Source of the DNA: Gammaproteobacteria bacterium
GTDB taxonomy: Bacteria > Pseudomonadota > Gammaproteobacteria > Arenicellales > JAJDZL01
DNA length: 64,000 nucleotides
Direction of reading: 5' to 3'
NCBI GenBank assembly: GCA_022823625.1
Contig: JAJEHQ010000005.1
Coordinates: 70,106 to 134,105 of the forward strand
The notes under the pieces are model-generated. The model saw only the letters and a program-made list of their open reading frames with translations, was not told the DNA's origin and searched no databases. Each line of letters starts with the position of its first letter. Position 1 is the first letter of the stretch. Positions 57,610 through 64,000 of the stretch are shown in pieces. The position numbers and the translations under genes were made by a program.

Positions 57610-58480
57610 GACTTCTCGAATTAGTACGATACGGCGTTAAAATCGCAAGTAATGAGTGGATGTGCTCTCGAAGTCTCCTTCTGTCAACAACCATATCAAG
57701 CGCACCGTGTTCAAGATGAAACTCCGCTCGCTGAAAATCATCCGGCAGGGATTCGCGTACCGTTTGTTCGACAACCCGTCGACCGGCAAATCCGATCAGT
57801 GCTTTTGGTTCTGCAATGATGATGTCGCCCAACATTGCGAAGCTGGCGGACACGCCACCCATAGTCGGATCAGTCAATACAGAAATATATGGCAACTTCT
57901 CTGAATTCAATCGATCCACAGCCGCTGTGGTTTTGGCCATCTGCATCAGTGAAAACATTGATTCCTGCATTCTTGCGCCACCACTCGCTGAAAAACATAT
58001 GAATGGTGAACGGGTTTCAACACTCGCGTCGACGCCATGTACAAACCGCTCGCCGACAACGGACCCCATGGAACCGCCCAGAAATTCAAAATCAAATGCG
58101 GAAACAATGATCGGCATTTCTTTCAGTTCCCCCGAATAAACAGCCAGTGCATCATAGTGCCCTGTCTTTTTTTGCGCCTCAGAAAGCCTGTCCTTATATT
58201 TTTTCCGGTCGCGAAACTTCAATTTATCCACCGGCTTGACTTCACCGTCCAATGGTTTGGCAGTCCCTTCATCGAGAAAAGACTCGATTCGTTTGATTGC
58301 ATTAATTCGCATGTGGTGGTCGCATTTGGGACAGACGTTAAGATTCTGTTCCAGTTCAACCTGGTACAGAACTGCAGTACATTCCGGACATTTGACCCAA
58401 ATGCCCTCGGGCACCCCTTTTTTGGACAAGCGCCCCCCTGATTTGATTTTTGGGGGTAATAAGTCAGTGAACCAGTTCAT
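57599..58480 (-). CDS. accD: Acetyl-CoA carboxylase carboxyltransferase beta subunit
   Basis: Zn ribbon CPECTAVLY...CPKCDHH and the carboxyltransferase domain [10 protein letters not shown]. Confidence 0.95.
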   Translation of the reverse strand: MNWFTDLLPPKIKSGGRLSKKGVPEGIWVKCPECTAVLYQVELEQNLNVCPKCDHHMRINAIKRIESFLDEGTAKPLDGEVKPVDKLKFRDRKKYKDRLSEAQKKTGHYDALAVYSGELKEMPIIVSAFDFEFLGGSMGSVVGERFVHGVDASVETRSPFICFSASGGARMQESMFSLMQMAKTTAAVDRLNSEKLPYISVLTDPTMGGVSASFAMLGDIIIAEPKALIGFAGRRVVEQTVRESLPDDFQRAEFHLEHGALDMVVDRRRLREHIHSLLAILTPYRTNSRSHAN

Positions 58481-58501
58481 AAATCAATTTGGACAGTTGA
58501 A

Positions 58502-59185
58502 CTAATTTACATATGTCGTTCGATCAGCTGCCCGAACAGCATCAACGAATTCGCGAATTGCTGCTGGATTCTTTATCCCTTCACTAAACTCAACTCCAGT
58601 GCTGACATCAACCGCAGTCGGTTGAATTTTTTTGATAGCTTTTGCAATGTTGTTGCTGTGGAGTCCGCCAGCCAATATGACAGGTTTTTCAATCTGTGGC
58701 ACGTAATTCCAGGAAAATGTATTCCCGGTTCCACCCACTTTATCTTTGACGTAGGCATCAAGCAGCAGGCCACTCGCTTCCGGGTAGGATTCCACCGCCT
58801 GCCTAACCTGCTCAACGCTCCTGACTCGAAGAGCTTTAATGAACGGAATTCCCGGTTCGCGGCAACGACTTTGCGGCTCTTCTCCGTGAAACTGAATAAA
58901 TGTCGGTCGAACATCCCGTACGATGGCATCAAGTAGATCATCGTCGGGATTTACAACTACTGCAATTGATGTAATATCACACGGTAAGCTTTCACGAATC
59001 GTCTTCGCTTTGGTACTACTAAGGTTCCTACCGCTAGGCGGATAGAATATCAGGCCGATTGCCTCCACCCCACACTGCGCTGCAAATAATGCATCCTCAA
59101 TACGCGTTATTCCACAAACCTTAATTTGTGTTGAGCGATTGCCTCCAATAGACTCTGGAGCAAGGAAGCGAGGAGTAGGATCCAT
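58502..59185 (-). CDS. trpF: N-(5'-phosphoribosyl)anthranilate isomerase
   Basis: IKVCGITRIEDALFAAQCGVEAIGLIF. The start is taken as ATG 59185 (MDPTPRF...); the track's 59242 start adds 19 unlikely residues. Confidence 0.85.
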   Translation of the reverse strand: MDPTPRFLAPESIGGNRSTQIKVCGITRIEDALFAAQCGVEAIGLIFYPPSGRNLSSTKAKTIRESLPCDITSIAVVVNPDDDLLDAIVRDVRPTFIQFHGEEPQSRCREPGIPFIKALRVRSVEQVRQAVESYPEASGLLLDAYVKDKVGGTGNTFSWNYVPQIEKPVILAGGLHSNNIAKAIKKIQPTAVDVSTGVEFSEGIKNPAAIREFVDAVRAADRTTYVN

Positions 59186-59566
59186 TGTATTGAAATTTCG
59201 GTCGGAAAAACTCTGGGACTGCCTGAGAACAAAGCGGTTCAAATCTCACTTTGTCGTTTAAAAACACTCCATTCAGCCCCGTTTAAAGTGTACTCATCAA
59301 TTATATTAAACGGACTGTAGTCGATATAACATTGTGATTTTCAAAGGTTTCAAGCTGCATCAAATTTCTGCAATTTCTGGTTCTAGAATCTGAAATTTGA
59401 TGAAATTCTTCATTCAGTTAGACTGCGTTCACTGTCAATAGTCCAAAATGTGAAATAGTAGATCATTACTGTCTGGTGGCTTAGAGGTTTCAATCGACAA
59501 TCCGACCTCCAATACCCAAAGAAACAACACTCTCTCCATTACACCTAAGCATCGGAAGTCAAAGCA

Positions 59567-60898
59567 GTGCAAAAATTCGATCTGATCATACGCAATGGCC
59601 GGGTATCTCGTAGAGCCGGCTCCACATTCGATTCTGATATCGCGTGTAAAAACGGTCTAATTTTTCAAATCAGTCCAACGATCGACGAGAACGCTGTCGA
59701 TCAAATAGACGCCTCCGGACACTTGGTTCTGCCTGGAGCCGTTGACGCTCAGGTTCATTTCCGCGACCCTGGGAATACCCATAAGGAGGACCTTGGTTCG
59801 GGGTCTCGCGCTGCAGTTGCAGGCGGAGTTACGAGCTTTCTCGAAATGCCCAATACACAACCGCCCACGATTGATCAGAAAGCGCTTGATCGGAAACTGG
59901 CTCAAGCGGCTCGAAACTGTGTGGCCAACTATGGGTTTTTCATAGGTGCCACACCTAACAATCTTGACGCAATCAATACAACTACTCCCGTCTGCGGAAT
60001 CAAAATTTTCATGGGCTCCAGTACCGGTGATCTGTTAGTTCATAAACACTCTGACCTCGAAAGAATTTTTAAAAATGGTAAGCGGTTGATTGCGGTTCAT
60101 GCAGAAGATGAAGCTCGCATGCGCGAGCGAAAAAATTTATTGCTTGGCAGTGATGCAGATCTTTCTGATCTTAGAATTCACACTCGAATTCGCGACGATG
60201 AATGCGCTTTGAATGCTACCCGGCAAGCAACGAAGTTGTCACAAGCTTTTGACCGTCGTCTTCACATCCTTCATCTGACCTCGGCAAAAGAAGTGAAATT
60301 CTTAAGGCAGGAAAAAACAGATAAGATCACAGTTGAGTGTACACCGAATCACCTGTTTCTAACTGAGGAAGACTACCAAATCAACGGTAGTCGGGTGCAA
60401 ATAAATCCACCGATCAGATCCCAGAAAGATCAGGACGCGTTGTGGGCGGGGCTAAAGGATGGAACCATTGACTTTATCGCAACAGACCATGCACCTCATA
60501 CCCTGGAAGAAAAATCTCAGCCCTACCCCCACTCACCTTCCGGAATGCCGGGCGTCGAAACTTCTTTGCCTTTGATGCTGACCGCGTGGAAGTCCGGCCG
60601 ATGCACACTGGCTGAGGTCTTGAAATGGATGTGCTGGGGCCCAGTCGAGGCTTACGGCATCATGGACAAGGGGAATCTGAGTGAAGGCTGCCACGCTGAC
60701 CTGGCGGTCGTCAACGTCGATGACTATCGGCCTGTTCGTGATGCAGAAATGTTCACAAAAGTGCGCTGGAATCCATTCTCGGGTAGAGAACTGACCGGCT
60801 GGCCCGTCTGGACCATCGTGAATGGGAAAATTGCATTTGCTGATGGGAAAATCCGTGAGGATGTCAGAGGCGAAGCACTGAGATTCTCTAGCGAATAG
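59567..60898 (+). CDS. Dihydroorotase-like cyclic amidohydrolase (type-I DHOase/allantoinase class) with HxH changed to QxH
   Basis: 443 aa, GTG start. Blocks LPGAVDAQVHFRDPG, GIKIFMGSSTG, IAVHAEDE, LHILHLTS and FIATDHAPH are present. Confidence 0.8.
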   Translation: MQKFDLIIRNGRVSRRAGSTFDSDIACKNGLIFQISPTIDENAVDQIDASGHLVLPGAVDAQVHFRDPGNTHKEDLGSGSRAAVAGGVTSFLEMPNTQPPTIDQKALDRKLAQAARNCVANYGFFIGATPNNLDAINTTTPVCGIKIFMGSSTGDLLVHKHSDLERIFKNGKRLIAVHAEDEARMRERKNLLLGSDADLSDLRIHTRIRDDECALNATRQATKLSQAFDRRLHILHLTSAKEVKFLRQEKTDKITVECTPNHLFLTEEDYQINGSRVQINPPIRSQKDQDALWAGLKDGTIDFIATDHAPHTLEEKSQPYPHSPSGMPGVETSLPLMLTAWKSGRCTLAEVLKWMCWGPVEAYGIMDKGNLSEGCHADLAVVNVDDYRPVRDAEMFTKVRWNPFSGRELTGWPVWTIVNGKIAFADGKIREDVRGEALRFSSE

Positions 60899-60904
60899 CT
60901 TCAA

Positions 60905-61357
60905 TCAATCAGTCGGCTCCCTAGCCAACATAACGGTGAACGGTCCATCGTTTTCCAAGCTCACTTTCATATCGGCACCAAATTTTCCTGTAGCAATGGG
61001 TTTTTGAGCGGTTCGACCCAGAGCAAGTACGAATTTGTCAAAAAGATCACTCGCTTGCTTTGGAGCCAGTGCCTGCGTAAAATCCGGGCGTCGACCACGG
61101 GCAGTCGACGCATATAAGGTAAATTGAGGGACGGCGAGAATCTCTCCGCCGACATCGATCAGCGAGTGCTGTAGACGCCCCTGCTCATCTGGAAATATTC
61201 GAAGATTTACAGATTTTGAGGCCAGCTCAGTAACAGTTTTCTCGCTATCACGGTGAGTAAACCCAACAAACAGCAACGCGCCATTTCCAATTGATCCAAC
61301 ACGCTCACCCAATACAGAAACTGAAGCGCTCCGCACCCGTTGAATCAGCACTCTCAT
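60905..61357 (-). CDS. dtd: D-aminoacyl-tRNA deacylase
   Basis: MRVLIQRV..., PQFTLYAST and the NDGPFT-type C-terminus, colinear with E. coli Dtd. Confidence 0.9.
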   Translation of the reverse strand: MRVLIQRVRSASVSVLGERVGSIGNGALLFVGFTHRDSEKTVTELASKSVNLRIFPDEQGRLQHSLIDVGGEILAVPQFTLYASTARGRRPDFTQALAPKQASDLFDKFVLALGRTAQKPIATGKFGADMKVSLENDGPFTVMLAREPTD

Positions 61358-61386
61358 GCCAAATTTCGGGCCAGAGACTTGACCTG

Positions 61387-63477
61387 TCAGGCAGCCTGGT
61401 CGATAGCTTTCATGCTAAGGCGGATACGACCCTGTTTATCAATTTCCAGAACCTTAACTTTAACCACATCGCCTTCTTTAAGCACGTCAGACACTTGATT
61501 GACCCGACGTTTAGAAATTTGAGAGATGTGTACCAGTCCATCTCGGCCAGGAAGGACGTTAACAAAAGCACCGAAATCCATTAATTTCACGACCGCACCT
61601 TCGTAGATCTTACCGACCTCAACATCGGAAGTGATCTCCTTAATCCTTTCCTTGGCCGCTTCACCACCAGATTTGTCAATTGAAGCAATGTTGATGATTC
61701 CTTCATCAGATACATCAATCGTTGCACCGGTCTCTTCGGACAATGCTCGAATTGTGGATCCGCCTTTTCCGATCACGTCCCGAATCTTGCTTGGACTTAT
61801 TTTCATCGTGATAATACGCGGTGCAAACTCAGAGATCTCTTCACGCGGTTCTGCCAGCACTTTACTCATTTCTTCAAGCACATGAAGACGAGCTTCCTTG
61901 GCCTGTTCCAAGGCGGCATCCATGATGGTTTCTGTGATGCCATCTATTTTGATATCCATCTGAAGCGCAGTGATCCCATCTTCGGTTCCTGCGACCTTGA
62001 AGTCCATATCGCCTAAATGGTCTTCATCACCCAATATGTCTGTTAGAATTTTGAAGTTGTCACCATCCTTAATCAGACCCATTGCTACTCCGGAAACGGG
62101 TGCCGAAATTTTGACACCGGCGTCCATGAGTGACAGGCTTGTGCCACACACGGTTGCCATGGAACTTGATCCATTAGATTCGGTAATTTCGGAAACAACT
62201 CGAATGACATAAGGACAACTTTCCCTTTCCGGTAGCACTGCAGCAATCGCACGCTTGGCCAGTCTGCCATGCCCAATTTCTCTGCGTTTGGGCGATCCGA
62301 CACGGCCGGTTTCACCAACGCAGAATGGTGGAAAGTTATAGTGCAGCAGAAATGGATCGCGGTGTTCGCCTTCCAGAGCATCAATGATTTGTGCATCTCG
62401 TTCGGTGCCCAGTGTTGTAATGACCAACGCTTGCGTCTCACCCCGAGTGAAAGCTGCAGAGCCGTGAGTTCTGGGGAAAACCTGTGTCCGAATATCAATC
62501 GGCCGTACAGTTTTCGTGTCACGTCCATCAATTCTTGACTCACCGGCCAAAATTCGACCTCGCACGATATCTGATTCGAGTTGCTTCAGTTCATCCTTTG
62601 CCTGTTCAGCAACTTCTTCACCAAACTCTTCTGTGATGGACTCACTGGTTTTTGACTTGATTGCTGAGAGTTGGTCGTGCCGTTCCTGTTTCTCTGCAAT
62701 TTTGTAGGCATTTTCGATTTCTGTACGTGCCAACTCGTTAATTTTGTCAACCAGTTGAGAGTTAGGTTCCAGCGGCTGAAATTTCCATTTGGGTTTACCC
62801 GCTCTTTCAGCAAGATCGGAAATTGCGTCGATGGCAACTTGCATCTGCTGATGTCCAAACATCACCGCGCCTAGCATTTGTTCTTCCGAAAGACACTTCG
62901 CTTCGGATTCAACCATCAATACTGCATCCCGGGTACCTGCCACTACAAGATCAAGTTTCGATTCATTCTGCAGAATATCAGATGATGGATTCAGAACATA
63001 TTCGCCATCAACGAAACCGACTCGGGTACCGGCTAAAGTACCGTTAAATGGAATGCCAGAAATTTTTACTGCAGCCGAAGCACCAAGCATTGCAATGATG
63101 TCAGGATCAATCATTGGATCAACTGACATGATGGTTGCGATGATTTGTATTTCATGGACAAAACCTTTCGGAAACAATGGTCGCAGAGGGCGGTCAATTA
63201 ACCTGCAGGTTAAAACAGCTTTTTCTGAAGGCCTTCCTTCACGCTTAAAAAAACCGCCGGGAATTCTTCCGGCGGCATAAGTACGTTCTTCATATTCAAC
63301 TGTCAGTGGCAGAAAATTGAAATCCTTTGGTTCAGTTTCTGCTACTAGTGTAACCAGTACTGATGTGTCTCCCATACTGGCTACAACGGCTCCGGTCGCC
63401 TGACGGGCTATTCGTCCAGTTTCAAGATGTACTTCGTGTGTTCCATATTGAAACCTGGTTTCCGCAAAGTCGCTCAT
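61387..63477 (-). CDS. pnp: Polyribonucleotide nucleotidyltransferase (PNPase)
   Basis: 696 aa with two RNase PH domains plus KH ([13 protein letters not shown]) and S1 ([18 protein letters not shown]). Confidence 0.95.
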   Translation of the reverse strand: MSDFAETRFQYGTHEVHLETGRIARQATGAVVASMGDTSVLVTLVAETEPKDFNFLPLTVEYEERTYAAGRIPGGFFKREGRPSEKAVLTCRLIDRPLRPLFPKGFVHEIQIIATIMSVDPMIDPDIIAMLGASAAVKISGIPFNGTLAGTRVGFVDGEYVLNPSSDILQNESKLDLVVAGTRDAVLMVESEAKCLSEEQMLGAVMFGHQQMQVAIDAISDLAERAGKPKWKFQPLEPNSQLVDKINELARTEIENAYKIAEKQERHDQLSAIKSKTSESITEEFGEEVAEQAKDELKQLESDIVRGRILAGESRIDGRDTKTVRPIDIRTQVFPRTHGSAAFTRGETQALVITTLGTERDAQIIDALEGEHRDPFLLHYNFPPFCVGETGRVGSPKRREIGHGRLAKRAIAAVLPERESCPYVIRVVSEITESNGSSSMATVCGTSLSLMDAGVKISAPVSGVAMGLIKDGDNFKILTDILGDEDHLGDMDFKVAGTEDGITALQMDIKIDGITETIMDAALEQAKEARLHVLEEMSKVLAEPREEISEFAPRIITMKISPSKIRDVIGKGGSTIRALSEETGATIDVSDEGIINIASIDKSGGEAAKERIKEITSDVEVGKIYEGAVVKLMDFGAFVNVLPGRDGLVHISQISKRRVNQVSDVLKEGDVVKVKVLEIDKQGRIRLSMKAIDQAA

Positions 63478-63507
63478 TAATATTTCTCCAAAATGTTGCT
63501 CAATTTA

Positions 63508-63777
63508 TCACTTCCTTAATCCCAGTCTGGAGATCAACTCTCGGTATCTTTCCGGATCCGTAGATTTCAGATAATCTAAAAGTTTTCGACGACGATTCAC
63601 CATACGAAGCAACCCTTGCCTTGAGTGATGATCGTGTTTGTGTTCCTTGAAATGTTCAGTCAATCCCCGAATTCTTTCTGTCAGTAAAGCAACCTGAACC
63701 TCGGGTGATCCAGTATCACTGTCACTGCGTCGGAACTCGTTGACTATATTTGCTTTTTCTACAACAGATAATGCCAT
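63508..63777 (-). CDS. rpsO: 30S ribosomal protein S15
   Basis: 89 aa with [16 protein letters not shown] and [20 protein letters not shown]. Confidence 0.95.
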   Translation of the reverse strand: MALSVVEKANIVNEFRRSDSDTGSPEVQVALLTERIRGLTEHFKEHKHDHHSRQGLLRMVNRRRKLLDYLKSTDPERYRELISRLGLRK

Positions 63778-63867
63778 TTGAATGTACTCAATAAAAGAAA
63801 TACGAAAAGGGAATGTGAATGGAAAAACGCAAGGTGGGCAAGCTGAACCTGCATATCATACTTCAGT

Positions 63868-64000
63868 TCAAACACCTGATGCGTGAAATAGACGCTTCGG
63901 TGCGACTCTACCGTCACCGAGTGAAGTTCCAATACCCAAGAACCCCACAGTGTTTTCATATAAACGTACCAAACCGTCGGGTGGCAGATTCCCAGCTCGA
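63868..64000 (-). CDS. truB: tRNA pseudouridine-55 synthase, C-terminal 43 codons (5' part beyond the window edge)
   Basis: My translation of the minus strand from 63999 gives RAGNLPPDGLVRLYENTVGFLGIGTSLGDGRVAPKRLFHASGV*. This is a TruB-like C-terminus in the conserved position upstream of rpsO. Confidence 0.6.
   Translation of the reverse strand, partial: RAGNLPPDGLVRLYENTVGFLGIGTSLGDGRVAPKRLFHASGV

Noticed and set aside
62085-62543. 152-aa minus-strand ORF in a second frame of pnp
   Set aside because: It lies out of frame within a highly conserved gene and has no independent signal.

Overview
This 64-kb segment is chromosomal and contains no rRNA, tRNA, CRISPR array, transposase or integrase that I could recognise. 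Conserved gene strings (truB-rpsO-pnp, trpF-accD-folC-dedD-cvpA-purF, ilvI-ilvH-ilvC-psd-pssA-leuA, rnhA-dnaQ) point to a gammaproteobacterium. Tight packing and the absence of any transcription-factor gene suggest a streamlined, probably marine, genome; both points are inference. The right part (about 39-64 kb) is ordinary housekeeping. The left part (about 1-39 kb) is accessory-like and holds several units:
- an edge-truncated RND pump
- ureohydrolase, Rieske oxygenase and class-III aminotransferase genes facing a ProVWX-type betaine/osmolyte ABC importer
- a DUF1116-like protein plus an amidase
- an MscS-like / soluble MgtE-sensor / MgtE operon
- an orphan 206-aa protein and an APH-like kinase
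- an M24 metallohydrolase
- a PotD-type ABC importer with no ATPase gene
- decaying gene relics (a GMC oxidoreductase fragment and a duplicated permease 3' end)
- a TauD-like dioxygenase and GMC oxidoreductase pair
- a second amidase
- a 10-gene Mrp/Mbh-type cation/proton antiporter cluster.
The best candidate for an undescribed system is the minus-strand operon at 26286-29772. It encodes an M19 'dipeptidase'-fold protein that has lost three of the five canonical zinc ligands. This gene is followed by a 571-aa and a 230-aa protein that I cannot place in any family, and those two genes are translationally coupled (TGATG overlap). Secondary candidates are the DUF1116+amidase pair and the split-MgtE operon. 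All family calls rest on motifs read from the translations; no database search was possible.
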